Of a stretch of 64,000 nucleotides of DNA, positions 1-22,100 are shown piece after piece (position 1 is the first letter of the stretch; each line of letters begins with the position of its first letter). The translations under genes were made by a program, and so were the position numbers. Origin of the DNA: Lama guanicoe (Eukaryota); NCBI GenBank assembly GCA_013239625.1, contig MU053881.1, positions 1,178,001 to 1,242,000 on the forward strand. Direction: 5' to 3'. The notes beneath the pieces were generated by a model. That model did not search any database and was not told where the DNA came from. It saw nothing but the letters and a program-made list of their open reading frames with translations.

Positions 1-751
1 CGCCCCCTTCCTGGGATGAGGAGAGCTTCCCCCAGCCTCACTCACATCCTGCACCACAGGGGTATGTTTCTTTCCCTGGGTGAACATACGTTATGTTCAC
101 CTGTCTTGATACACGTGAAGTTCATTCATTTTCACTGTTGTAAAAGATTCCATTATTCATTCATTTAACAAACATGTATGTGGCTTTCTGATAGATTTTT
201 TAAAAGCAGGTGTCCTGAGGTGGGAGCATGCCTGGTCTGTTCAAGGAACAATTAAGAATACAGTTGCTGAAACAGAAATAAGGAGGGAAAGAGAAGCAGG
301 GGATCAGAGGCAAGAGGGCTAGAATTTTAGGCTCTTATTGGTCGTTATGTCACTGGATGTTGCTCTGGAAGCGAATGCTTTGTACATGGAAGAGACACTC
401 ATGTCATTTTTTTCAGTGATCACTCTGCTGTGCTGAGAATAAACTAAAGGGTCAAAGGAAGAAGTACAGAGATGAGGACTAGTTAGAAGACCATTACAGT
501 AAGTGTGAGTGAAGACAGCAGTTTGGAATGAATAGAAGTTATGACAAGTGGTTGGAAAAACTCAAAATTCAAAATATGGAAAAGATGAAGATATTATGAA
601 CATTGCAATATCCTGTTTTTCAACTATGAAGTGTATCTATACTTTTAAAACAGTCCTGGTAATTATATTACATTTTAAAAAAAAGATATTCTTTATGACC
701 TATTTTTCTGGTTATAAAAATTAAGAATTACCTTCTCTCTTGACTTTCTTT

Positions 752-1090
752 TGTTAACCTAAAACAAACAGGCTGCCAGTTATTTCTCCAGCAAAAATGG
801 GTTTATTCAGGATAAACAAAGAATCGCAATCTGGGGTCTGCAAATGCGGTTGTGCAAGTCCCCAGCAAAAATGGAGAGAACTCTTTTAAAGAGGGGGCAA
901 AGGAAGATGAGAAGGCTATAAACAGAAAGTTCTTTTTCATTGGCTGAGTCCAGACAGTCTCTCATTGGCCGCGCTGGTGCCGGAGGACGAATGCCCTTTT
1001 CCTGCAGGGCTCTTCCTGTTGTGGGGTGAGCGCGCCCCCTGCTGTCTCCCGTCCCTATTTGAGGTTTCTGTTTATTAAAGTTTTATACTT
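752..1090 (-). mobile_element. ERV LTR-like fragment
   Basis: TGTTAAC terminus, minus-strand AATAAA and CCAAT boxes, LTR-like composition. Confidence 0.45.
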
Positions 1091-3079
1091 TATACATTAA
1101 ACCAAGTGCAATTTTATTTTACTCACTGTCCCAGGTAAAATTTTAAAAATCTGAGCTAATAGGCCATGACTACTAGTATCTAACTGTAGTACTTCCATAT
1201 TCCCTTTTCTTTCTCAGATATGAATTTTGGCCATTCCCTTGAGTTTTATCATTTTTGTTTTTAAATTTATATTTAACTGGTTTCTTTATTGATCATGTCT
1301 ATACCAACTTTATTTTCTCTTTTGAGAGACTTGGCATTTCTGTTTCTTTTTCACACTGTCCCTGCCTAGTTGTCATCTGTGCCCTCTCAGTTACTCTGTG
1401 GGCCTCTTGTACTTAGTTTTCTGGAGAAATCTGAGGCCAATATGCTTTTTCTCCTCTTGTTGGTAAGCTTGTTTATTTCTCCACATTGACTTTATAAATC
1501 TCCACCCTGCCCTCCTTGTTTCCTGTATCTTTAAGTATTTCTATTTTTTTGCCCCTGTATCTAGCAATTTGGTCTTTTCCATTATTTTGTCTGAGATACA
1601 AAGAAAGGCTAAGGCACTGTCTGTCCTATTTTTTTTTCTCCTTTATTAAACTCTTATTCTTGGCGTGTGGCTTTCATGACAATGTGAAGATCTTACATTT
1701 TAATTCTTTGTCCTTTCCTCCATTTCTGGGAGAAGCCTTCAAATTTATCTTCCAAGCTTACAGAATCCAATTTATAAAGTGATTATTCTTTCACTTTCTC
1801 TTTCTAATGTAGTTTATTCTTTAAAAAGAAATGACCATCTGCTTTATTTGAAAAAATGTCTACACTGCATACAGCATCCATGACATAGTAAGAAACCCAC
1901 TGTCCTGACCCAGCAGGCCCCTTGGGTCCATGGTGGTGTAACTGAAGGCAAACTGTTTCTTCCCTTCCTTGCTTCCTCCCTCCTCTCCATCCTCTTTCCT
2001 TCCTTAGTTCCTCCCTTCCCTTCCTTCTCTTTACAGTGAGGGAAAAAAAGAAAAAATGTGGAAAAGGAATAATGGGAATTGTTCCCAACTATTCAAAATC
2101 TGAAAGGCTAAATAAAATGGAGTATATGCACCGTGTTTAAAATTAAATTATGGCTCCTCTTCTATCTTACTCTCTTAATCAGCTGATGATCTTAGTGACA
2201 CCCATCCTCGTGCACATGTGGAATTGAGGGTGATGGACGGACTGGACTGGGGGAACATAACACGTATACCGTTTAGAATGCCACCCAGGTACTACTATGA
2301 TTCTGAGTGTTAATGACAGAAATAGGCAGTAAGTTATTTGTATCTTCCAGTCCTATATGAACTCTCTTAGAGGTTTAAAGGGTATTATAATTGTACAGAT
2401 ACATTTAAGAGTGACTGCAAATACTTGTTTAGAAGAAAGAACCCCACTGACCTAAATGAGGAGATATACAGGCCAGATGGTATTGAAATATAGGGTTCTG
2501 AGGGTAATTCTGTCTGGGTCTTTCCATCACAGCTCTACAAATTTATGGGGTGAGTCATGAAAACCTATAATTTTTGACTGGGTGTAATCTAGTTGCTGAA
2601 AAGAAATCGGAGTTTTGTTAGCTTGTTTTCCTTGGCGCATACCTTTCTACTGAAGCAGAGATCACAAAGCAGATGTTGGAGAACCAGCAGCTTTTAGACC
2701 TCTCTTGGTACAGGCCTGCCAGTGGCTTGTTCTGTTTTAGGAACAACCAAGTTTGGGGATATGGCACATAATAAGCACTTAAAAAATATTGTTGGAATAG
2801 ACAAATAAAAATCAGGTAGACATGATGACTTGTTATTTGAGTGGATAACAAAAATGTTTCTTCTGGTAATTCTTGGAGATGAGGTAGTGATGCTGGTATA
2901 AATCTAGAACTCCCAACATAACCTTTAAAAAGAAAACAATAAAGGGTATGGAAGAGAAAAGAGAAGAGGCAGCGGTGTTCCTAAAATTGATACAAAACCA
3001 CCACCAGAAAGTATGCCCTACATGTGAAAATATGCAACAGCTGCCTGGTATGTAAGAGCGCCGAAAATAAGGAAGTGCC

Positions 3080-3600
3080 AGAAAGTACACGCAGGACATA
3101 TAAACAACTCCCACGGCTTGACAACAACAACAAACAGTGCAATTTAAAAATGGGCAAAGGATTTCAACAGACATTTCTCCAAATAAGATATACAATGGCT
3201 AAAAAGCACATTAAAAGATGCTCCACATCCCTGGTCATTAGGGGACGCAAGTCATAACCACAACGAGATGCCTTTTCATACCTGTTAGAACGGCTATCAT
3301 GCGGGGAGAAAAGAAAAGTAACAAGTGTTAACAAGTGCTAACAAGTGCTGGCGAGGCGGCAGCAGAACCCACATTCAAACCAGAGCCCTTGTACGTTGCT
3401 GATGAGAATGTAAAACACTGCGGCTGCTGTGGAAAAGTCTGACAATGTCTTATCAAGTTTAATATCCACTTCTCAGCTGACTATGCAATCCCACCCTTGG
3501 GTATTTATCCAAAGAGGAAGGAAAACTTATGTTCACACAAAAACCTATATGCAATTGTTTGTAGCAGCTTTATTCATAATTTCCCCAAACTGGAAACAAC
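3080..3600 (+). mobile_element. Old L1 (L1M-type) 3' ORF2 fragment
   Basis: AAATGGGCAAAGGATTTCAACAGACATTTCTCCAAA...GCAGCTTTATTCATAAT...AACTGGAAACAACC, typical of L1. Confidence 0.8.
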
Positions 3601-4077
3601 CCCAATGTTCTTTCTGCTGTTGCTTGGCTGACGTCATGAATGGGAACTGTGCATTGTTTGCTGCTTCTACATTTATTGAGATGAGCATATGGACCTTAAT
3701 GTTAAGGCTGTGCACAGTATCTGTAAGTTTCCTAATGTTAAAATAACCCACGAAAAACCTACATTTATCACGATGTATTTACCATGTTTAGGTACTTCGG
3801 GATTAATTTGCTAACGCTCTTGTTCAGGAGTTTTCAGTTCTGTCCCTGGATGGCACTGGCCTGCGGTTTTCCTTTCTTGTACTTTCCTTACTTGATTTTG
3901 GTGCTGGGTTATGTTAAAGTCGCCATGCTTGTAGGCAATCTCCTCTGAAAGATCCCGCAAGATTTACACAACCTGTTATATGCAAGTTTGACAGACCTTA
4001 CCGTAAAAATAACTAGGCCTAATATTTTGTGTGGTTTTGATTTTTTGGGTGATTTTAGGATTATAATACTTGGGGAA

Positions 4078-4423
4078 TGCTTTGGTCTGAATGTTTGCGT
4101 CCCCTCAAAATTCATGTTGAAATCCAACCCCAAAGATGAGTGTTAGGAATTAGGAGGTGGGGTCTTGGGAGGTGACCATCGTGAGGGCTCCTCCCTCATT
4201 GAATAGATTAGCGCCCTTGTCAGAGGCCTCCAGGAGAACCCTCACCCCCGCCACCATGAGGAGGCACCAGAAACGGACCAGGAAAGGGGGTTCTAACCAC
4301 AACACAAGCATACTGGCGCCTTGATCTTGGACTTCCCAGCCATCGTAACTGTGAGAAGTAAGTTTCTGTTCTTTATAAGGCACCAAGTGCCTGTATTTGG
4401 GTACAGCAGCCCGAACTAAGATA
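4078..4423 (+). mobile_element. MaLR LTR (MLT1A/MST-like)
   Basis: TGCTTTGGTCTGAATGTTTGCGTCCCCTCAAAATTCATGTTGAAAT...GCAGCCCGAACTAAGATA. Confidence 0.75.
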
Positions 4424-5949
4424 GGGAAGTTATGTGTTTCCCAGAATTTTCCCGCCTTAGGTAATTAGAGTTTAAAAGAACGGTTGTGGAGAAAGGGGCA
4501 CTGCAGATGGAGCATTAAGTGACCCAGAAGAGTTTGTTCCTCACGAGTCTGAAACGATGAGACTGACTAGTCCCAGAAGGCAAAAGCTGAAGTCACTGAC
4601 TTCTGCTTTGTTTAATCTCCAACCCCAATACCTTCCTGGAGTTTTGGTTTTTGTTTGTTAAGCATCTGGGCAAACAGAAAAAACTAAAGCCTTTTAAAGT
4701 GAAATGAATATTCCTGTCCCCAAGTGCTTGCCTATGCCCGATACACGGGGCAGAACCCGGTGCGAGCCTCTACGGGGTTCAACAGATTTTCAGTCTTACT
4801 TCTGAGATAACTGTCTTCAGCTTGCTCGAATTATTATTCACATTTTAGAAATGATTTAGTGGGATAAATAACTTATCAAAATAAGAGTCCATTTTTTTTT
4901 TTGGAGGAAAAAGCATCTGAACGTAGAGCCTGCATTTTGTCTGGCGGCCTTCAGAGTGTGGGGAGGGAGGGCGCATCACCTGACGGGGGTGAAGGTGGAA
5001 TGTAAGAGTGAAAGCTTCCTTGTCCCTTTACCTCCCAGGAGGACAACCCACGTTCCACGCCCCTGGGCCTTCCCAGTGGCTGGTGACCAGAAAGTCCAAG
5101 GAGGCAGGCACAGCCTGGGAGCCAAGAGTCACCCTCCCTATGGTTACACTGCAAGGTAATTTTTTACATTTATCAGTAAATTAACTTGCAAAAAGCAACA
5201 GTTGTCTAAATAACCTTTAATTCTCAACACAGCAAAGGCAATCACTTCATGAGGAAAACAAGTGACATACGATGCATTTTGTGATTTGAAATAATGTGAC
5301 CTCCGATCTGATTCAGTTTAGAGCAAGCAGCCAGGGAGAAAACGCACGAGATTTATACCTGCAGGTTATGGAGTGATTTTCTTCTCAGGTGAGTGGCTAA
5401 GGAAGCAGGGGAGAAATAACTCCGAAGTTTTAATCTCCAAGTGCAGAATTTACTTTTAAACTATTACAAAAACAAATTTTAGTGACAGTGAGGTAGCTCC
5501 AGGTCACCTGCTTACTCTCCCCTCCAAAACATTCTTCCTAGTACAACTTACCTGCACGACACTCAAAATGCAGTTTCAGAAAAACAGAATCCTACATTCA
5601 TCTGCAGTCTGGAATGTTATGGCTACACTTTTCCATCGATCTACATGCTTCCCCAGTGACGGCTGGGAAAGCTGGTGGCTGTGATCACCACAAAGAAAAT
5701 AAAATACTGTTTGATCTACCTATTCTATGGTCTGTAATAACTTAACAACATATGAAAAAACAGTGGTACCAAAGTTTTCCTACTGTCCCTAAGGTTATCC
5801 TGCACCCCGAAGTCTCTCATGGTTGACGAGGTATAAATTCTGGTGCTTAACCCACAGTTAATACTCTTCCTGATGCTCTCACCAGGGTGAATTCTCTGAT
5901 AGTCAATGGCATGAACTTCAGTTGGGAGCTTTTGCCACATGCTTTTTAC

Positions 5950-15620
<9,671 letters not shown>

Positions 15621-16399
15621 TTCTCCCTCCTGGAGAAGGCACCTGAAACGGAGAAAGAAACTGTGAGGTCGCTACGATCCTGTTTGCACTTCCTCCCCGA
15701 TTAGGGTTAGACCTGGTTAGAATAATCTCCACACGAGCAACCTGCAGAGGGAAGAGGGAACCTGGAAGCCCAGGCATTCCTGAGTCGGAGAGGCCCAGGC
15801 ATGACCACCGAAAGCAGGGGTGGGCAGTAAGCAGAACTCCAATCACTGGGCCTCCTTCCTTTCAGCCAGTGCTTTACGAGTAAAGACGAATCAAACTGAG
15901 GGATTAAAACTCTCTGATGTACATTAACAATGTAAAGGGCAGCCATGCTGGGCTCACAAAGATCTTAGAAATGACATAAATATTCCACACACCTGCATTT
16001 AGGTATTTTGAGCTATAATAATTACAGTTATGATTACAGTAATTCTTTAAGTGTCACTTGAAGAACTGGTGTCCTTTTCAGGAACAGCCAACCAAAAATT
16101 AGTCCTCTCTTCTCTTCCTCTTGGAAGCTGTGCTTCCCTTATCAAACCTCCTTAAATGTAAAAGGAAGTATTTCCTACCCACCTTCCCTTCCCCACCCCC
16201 CCAAAATTACAAAACTGAGAAGAAACAGCTTCGTTGGCTAGAAATGACTTTAAAATTTGGAGAAAAGGGAAGTAACTTTGCAAGCGGACAAAATTATTCT
16301 AAATAAAAAAAAAATTAAATCACTTAGGATTCACTGTGGGAGAGCAATGCGGAAAAGCAAGGTTGGCAGAAACGGAGAAACACAACAGAAAGTTTGAAC

Positions 16400-17000
16400 T
16401 CCGGAGGGGGAGACCAACAGACGTCAAGAGCCGAAAGCCGCCCCAGGCTCGCCAGCCCGGAGACAAGACACGGCCCCCCCGCAACCCCTCTTTAGGGAGC
16501 GTCTCTCCGGGAGCCCGGGCGGAGGCGGAGGCGGAGGCAGCGGGTCGGGCGGGGGCTCCTGCCGGGGCAACGCCCCCTCCCCGGGCCGCGTCCACCTGCC
16601 GAGGCCGCCTGGGCTCGGACGCCCGGCGCTGGGGCTCGGCTGGCGCTCCCTCCGTCCCGGCCGGCCCGCCGCGGGGGCCGCGCATCCCGGGCCCGCTCTC
16701 CCCGGCACCTGTACCTGGGCGCGCCGGGACGGGCACGGGACGCGGCGGACCGCACCGCAGTAAAGCGGAACACCCAGCGCGGGGATGTCCGGGGCCGCCG
16801 CCGCCAGGCCTCCGGGCGCCGGTGCGCCTGCGCACAGGGGACCCGCGGCGCTTTTCCTTTCGAACTCTATTTCCCAGCCGTCTCCATGGCACGGCCCTCT
16901 ACGGTGTCCGCGAAGGGCCAATGCAGGAACGCCGGAGAACGCGTTCTTGCTGGAAGCCCGAGGAGGCTGAAGTCTTCCAGCCCCTGCTGTAACCACGTAT
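16400..17000 (-). promoter_or_regulatory. CpG island: ZNF879 promoter and non-coding first exon
   Basis: Very GC- and CpG-rich block upstream of the ATG exon; GC boxes; NRF1-like TGCGCCTGCGCA near 16824. Confidence 0.8.
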
Positions 17001-17438
17001 CCCCTCGTACACCTTTTAATTAATAATTATGATGACAATGATAGCAAAAGGGAAAAGTAAGTATGTAATACAAAAACGTGGAAGACTAGCCTCTCACTAC
17101 TGCTTATTCTTGGTTGATCAAAGAACTGTTAGAATCTATTTAACAGATTTTTGAATTTAAAAAAATTATGTCTACATTTTGTAGCCTGTAATAAGAGACA
17201 TATATTTTAACTGGCGCTCACCATTGGTTAAAACAAAAGCATAGACTCAGTATTGCCCTTTTCATGACACTCATTACTTCTTTTTAAAAGGGTTCCTTTA
17301 AATTGTAAGGCTTGCCTTCCAATATTGACTGTAATTCCCTTCTTTACAACTGCATCCTCAGTGTCTGGCACTGTACATACCAAATAATACGTACTCAGTA
17401 AGTGTCGAATGGACGCTTTTAAAAATATCCACCATTGA

Positions 17439-17568
17439 GGGGAGGGTATAGCTCAAATGGTAGAGCGCATGCTTAGCATGCATGAGGTCCTCGGTTCAAT
17501 CCCAAGTACTTCCTCCAAGAATAAACAAATAAGTAAACCTAATTACCTCCCCTCACCAAAAAACAAAA
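17439..17568 (+). mobile_element. tRNA-derived SINE (camelid Vic-1-like)
   Basis: GGGGAGGGTATAGCTCAAATGGTAGAGCGCATGCTTAGCATGCATGAGGTCCTCGGTTCAATCCC with A/B boxes and an A-rich tail. Confidence 0.85.
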
Positions 17569-18290
17569 TGAGGTCTGGCCCTATGTGAGAAACTAGTTCT
17601 AATAAAAAGCACTTAGAACACTAGAAAATTGTAAACACTATACAAGTATCAGACATTATTACGTCATTATCATCATTATTTTTTGTTATCTCCACTCTTG
17701 TTTCCACCCTCAGCACCTTCCTCGCCCATACCCCTTCACAGACACCAGTGGTAACCATTCTCCTGGATGCATTTTTTTAAAAACTGAAACATAGTAACAA
17801 TATCTGGTGCACAGCACAATAACCCAGTCATGCACATACGTATATTCGTTTTCATTAGAGGTTATTACAAGATGTTGAATACAGTTCTCTGTGCTATACA
17901 GAAGAAATTTGTTTATATACTTTATAGCTCATTTAATTCTCACAACAAACCTATAGCTAGTTACTAGTACTTTCTGCATTCTACAAAGAAGGAAACCAAG
18001 TTATACTTCCTAACCCTTATACCAAATATTTCCCAAGTTAAAAAAATCAATAAATGAAATCATTGAGAAAACATTGCCAATATATAATATCCAAAGTAAA
18101 AAAAAAATAGCAGCATAAGCTTACTTTTGCTTTTGTTCTATTTAACTTGGAAGTATAGAGGTAAGTTCCAGGAGAAGCAAGGGAATTTGGCAGAGGTTTC
18201 TTCTAGACGTGGTACTCCATTTTAGGGCACCCCTGAAGGGCACTAGTGAAGGGAAATCCACCCCATAGGAAGAACCTTGAGGAGTGCCCC

Positions 18291-18751
18291 TGAAGTGGGA
18301 AGCCCCGTGAAAAAGAACAGCAGGACCTCCAGGAAGGGCCATTACTCTCCTGCCAGCACCATCCGGTTCCCTGGCCCAGTGGCATTATCTCACTTTTTGC
18401 CTCTGAAAGGGCTTATTTCTAAAAAAGGGAAACTTATCCCTAAGATTTTATTGGTTCCCTGAGCTAACTCCTGACTGGTCCATTTCTATCTCTCCTGATT
18501 TTCTACAAAGCTGGTTCCTAATTAGTCAACTATTGTTACACCTTATTTGCATATGATGTTGCAAAGTGTAGACTGGCAGCCTATAAAAGCCCGTCTAAAC
18601 CTACAGATGGGGTTCAGAGCTTGGAGTGTTAACTCCTCTGGGCCCGCTGGCGTAATAAACCTGAGTTCTCCAACTCTCAGAGTACTGCTTGGTCTCTCGC
18701 CTGGATTCAGGTTGCTGTCACAGCTGAGCTGTAACACACTTTGCTGCAACA
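18291..18751 (+). mobile_element. Solo LTR nested in ERV-L pol
   Basis: TG...CA ends; TSD cccc/ctcc; ERV-L sequence continues on both sides; TATAAAA and AATAAA present. Confidence 0.75.
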
Positions 18752-20333
18752 CTCCTGGTTGTTCACTTTGCTTGGAAGGAAAAAGGCCAGAGGTGTAATT
18801 ATGTATCATGAGCTGTGTCCATTCATTTGGCTGGATGATCAGGGAATTGGAAGGAACATAACTGGAAAATTGGTGATAAGGAAATCTGGGGAAGAGAGAC
18901 ATGGATAGTCTTCTCTGAATGGGCCAGAAATGTGAAGATATTTGTGTCCTATGTGAATGCACACCAAAGGGTCATTTCAGCAGAGGACAATTTTAATAAT
19001 CAAGTAGCTAGGATAGCCTGTTCTGTGAACACCAGTCAGTATCTTTCCCTAGCCACCTCTGTCACCGCCCAATAGGCCCATGAACAGAATCACCATGGTA
19101 GCAAAGGTGGGAGTTATGCATGGGCTCAGTCACATGGACTTACACTCACCAAGGCCAACCTGACTATGATCATGGCTGAATGTCCAATCTGCCAGCAGTC
19201 AAGGCCAACCCTGAGTCCTCGGTAGAGTACCATTCCTGTGGTGCCCAGGCAGCTGTGTGGTGGCAGACTGATACCTTATCCGCTGTCGTGCTATTCCACA
19301 CAGCATTGTTTGTGATTGAAGAACTCACTTCACAGCAAATGAAGTGTGGCAAGGGGCCCATCCTTATGGAATTCATTGGTCTTACCGTATTTTCTACAAT
19401 CCTGAAGCAGTTGGCTTGATAGGATAGTGGAATGGCCTTTTGAAGACCTAATTACATTGTGAACTAGGTGCCAATACCTTGCAGGGCTGGGGCAAGTTTC
19501 TCCATAAGGCTGTATATGCTCTGAATCAGCCTCCAGTATATGGTTCTGTTTCTCCCACAGCCAGAATTCATGGGTCCAAGAATCAAGGGTTGGAATTGGG
19601 AAATAGTGGTACCCTCCCCGGCTCTTACTCCTAGAAACCCACTAGTAATATTTTTGCTTCTTATTCCTGCAAAGCTACATTCTGCTAGCCTAGAGGTCTT
19701 AGTTCCAGAGAGAAAAAAAACTTCCACCAGAAGACACAACAATGATTTCACTGAACTGGAAATTAAGAGAACCACTTTGGGTTCCTCATGTCTCTGAGTC
19801 AACAAGCAAAGGAGACATACAATGTTGGCTGGGGTGAGTGATGCTGAACACCAAGGGGAAACCGGACTGTAACTCACAATGGAGGTGAGGAAGAGCATGT
19901 CTGGAATACCAGTGCTCTCTTAGGGCATCTTTAGTATTACCATGCCCTGTGATTAAGGTCAGCGGAAAACTATACCAACCCAATCCAGGCAGGATTACTA
20001 ATGGCCCAGGCCCTTCAGGAATGAAGGTTTAGATCATCCAACCAGGCCAAAAACTGTGACCAGCTGAGGTGCTTGCTGAAGGCAAAGGGAATACAAAATA
20101 GGTAGTGGAAGAAGGTGATTATAAATACCAGCTATGACCATGTGACTGGTTATAGACATGAGGACATGACATGAGATAGGACATGTCCTATCATAAGTTC
20201 ATTGTCTCATGATGAACATGCTTGTTTATAATCTTTGTTTTCTTCTCTTATTCTCTTCTCATGTAACACAAGATGTACTGATTTCATATCGTAGTATTTA
20301 AGTATTGTTAACTTGACATCATAATATTTCAGT

Positions 20334-20668
20334 TGAAGGGGCAAAACCCACAAAGGGACCAGCAAGACCTCCCAGCCAGGGCCACTGCCTTCCCACTTTT
20401 GTACTTCTGTGAAACAGTTTGCTTCTAGGAAAATGGAACTTAGCACTAAAATTCCATTTGTTCCCAAAAGCTCACTCCTGATTGGTCCACTCCTAACACC
20501 TCATTTGCATATGACATGAACTTAACTGAAACCTAAAAGCCTGTGTAAACCTACAGACGGGGTCCAGAGCTTGGAGTGTTAACTCCTCTCGGGTTCCTTG
20601 GGAAACCCGAGTTCCCCAACCCTCCGAGTGTCACTTGGTCTCTCTACAGGATACAGGTTTCTGTAACA
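20334..20668 (+). mobile_element. Second, related solo LTR nested in ERV-L
   Basis: Shares ATTTGCATATGA...AAACCTACAGA.GGGGT.CAGAGCTTGGAGTGTTAACTCCTCT with 18291-18751; TSD cagt/cagg. Confidence 0.7.
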
Positions 20669-21560
20669 CAGGATATCAAGGAGAAGAGGAAACATCACTC
20701 AAGGTTGTTACCGCCTCTTCTGGGGAAGAGGTTAGTGAGTTTGGGGTTGGAGGCAGGATAGTTGTATTATGTCGGGTGGAAGTATGAGCTTGTTATTGTC
20801 TTTACGTAGAGATCGAGTGTGGTTTAAAGAGCTGCCTGTGGGGGCCAAGTTGACAGAAGGTAGGCTTGTGATTAATTCATTGTTTCAACCTGAATAGGCT
20901 ATGGGGTGCCCGGGTACCTGGTCACACGTTATTTTGGATATGTCTGCCTGTGAAGGTGTTTCTGGATGAAATTAACACTTTTTTGAGATTAACATTTGAA
21001 TTGATAGACTGAACAATGCAGATTGCCCTGCATGATGTAAGTGGACCTCGGGCAATCAGTTGAAGGCCTGGATAGAAGGAAAAGGCTAATTCTTTTCCGA
21101 GTAACAGGGAACGCCGCCTGACTGCCTTAAACTGGAGCGTTGGTCTTTTCCCTGCCTTCAGATTCAAACTGAAACATTGGTTCTTTTTGGATCTTGAGCC
21201 TCTGGCTTTTGTTCTGGAATTTACACCATGGGCTCTCCCAGTTCTCAATCCTTTGGACTTGGACTGGAATGACACCATCAGCCTTCCCAGGCCCCCAGCT
21301 TGCCGACTGTAGATCTGAGACTTCTCAGCCTCCACAGTCACATGAGCTGATTCCTTCTAACTTATTCATGTTCTGTTTCTCCGCAGAATCCTTAATAATA
21401 CAGTAGGCAACCACACACCAAACGATAAGAGTTGTGGACATACTTTTTTCATTGCAATCTCTTTAAATTGTATTTTCTTTAGAATTTTTTTCCAGATTTG
21501 TTGAGATAGAGTTGTTCATTTTAATTTAGTCATTACATTTATTTCTCTTGGCTCTGACTA

Positions 21561-21574
21561 GCGCCCCCTAGAGG
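21561..21574 (-). promoter_or_regulatory. Candidate CTCF site
   Basis: Minus strand CCTCTAGGGGGCGC, one mismatch to CCASYAGRKGGCRS; an isolated GC-rich patch in AT-rich DNA. Confidence 0.6.
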
Positions 21575-21592
21575 GAGTGGTCATGGGAATTA

Positions 21593-21808
21593 TAGTTGAC
21601 ACACAACACAGCTTTAAACTGCATGGGTCTGCTTATACACTGATTTTTTAAATCAACGAATTCATACCATAGTGCTACACAATCCATGGTTGATTGACTC
21701 TGTGGGTGCAAAGCCATGGTTATGGAAGGTTGGCTCTAAGTTATACGTGGATTTTTGACTGTGAAGAGGGTCAATGCCCCTAAACCCCACATTGTTAAGG
21801 ATCAACTG
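21593..21808. mobile_element. Tigger2-like MITE (DNA transposon relic)
   Basis: Degenerate TIRs AGTTGAC...AACAC and ATTGTTAAGGATCAACTG. Confidence 0.65.
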
Positions 21809-21919
21809 GATTGTTTTGCTCTGGTTTTAAGGGAAATAAATACTTGAAATGACTTATCTCTGAATACAGTATCTTCTGGAGGCTCTCAGTAGATAACTTG
21901 ATCAGGTTAAAGACAATCC

Positions 21920-22100
21920 TTAGATTGCTAAATTTTTAAAGTTATGAATGAATATTGGATGTTTGCAAATGTTTTTCTGCATCCATTTAGATAATCATTT
22001 TTTTCCTTTAATCTGTTAATGCAGTGAATTACATTAATAAATTTCCTAAATCACTAATCTGCTAAAGTGCATTTCTGGGACACAACAGACTTGATTCTGA
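21920..22100. promoter_or_regulatory. Orthologue of the Grm6 ON-bipolar-cell ~200 bp enhancer
   Basis: GCATCCATTTAGATAATCAT...CCTTTAATCTGTTAAT.TAGTGAATTACA...TTTCCTAAATCA...TAATCTGCTAAAGT closely matches the mouse Grm6 enhancer as I recall it. TAATCA at 21992-21997; TAATCT at 22009-22014 and 22055-22060. About 4.8 kb upstream of GRM6. Confidence 0.8.

Larger units (their letters stand above)
18220..21402 (+). mobile_element. Decayed ERV-L provirus 3' part (pol RNase H/integrase) with MLT2-type 3' LTR (~20868-21402)
   Basis: Peptide remnants WKIGDKEIWG, KIFVSYVNAHQRV, AHEQ..HG and WWQTD, typical of ERV-L pol; MLT2-like LTR follows. Confidence 0.85.

Noticed and set aside
16320..16996. Several 190-218 aa ORFs on both strands
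   Set aside because: Pro/Gly/Arg-rich products expected from stop-codon depletion in a CpG island.
17439..17515. tRNA-Ala-like gene (and five similar copies)
   Set aside because: Diverged copies with A-rich tails and TSD-like flanks, so these are SINEs rather than tRNA genes.
18291..20668. A single new LTR element that captured ERV-L pol between two LTRs
   Set aside because: Each LTR has its own TSD-like flanks, the two are clearly diverged, and ERV-L sequence continues outside both.
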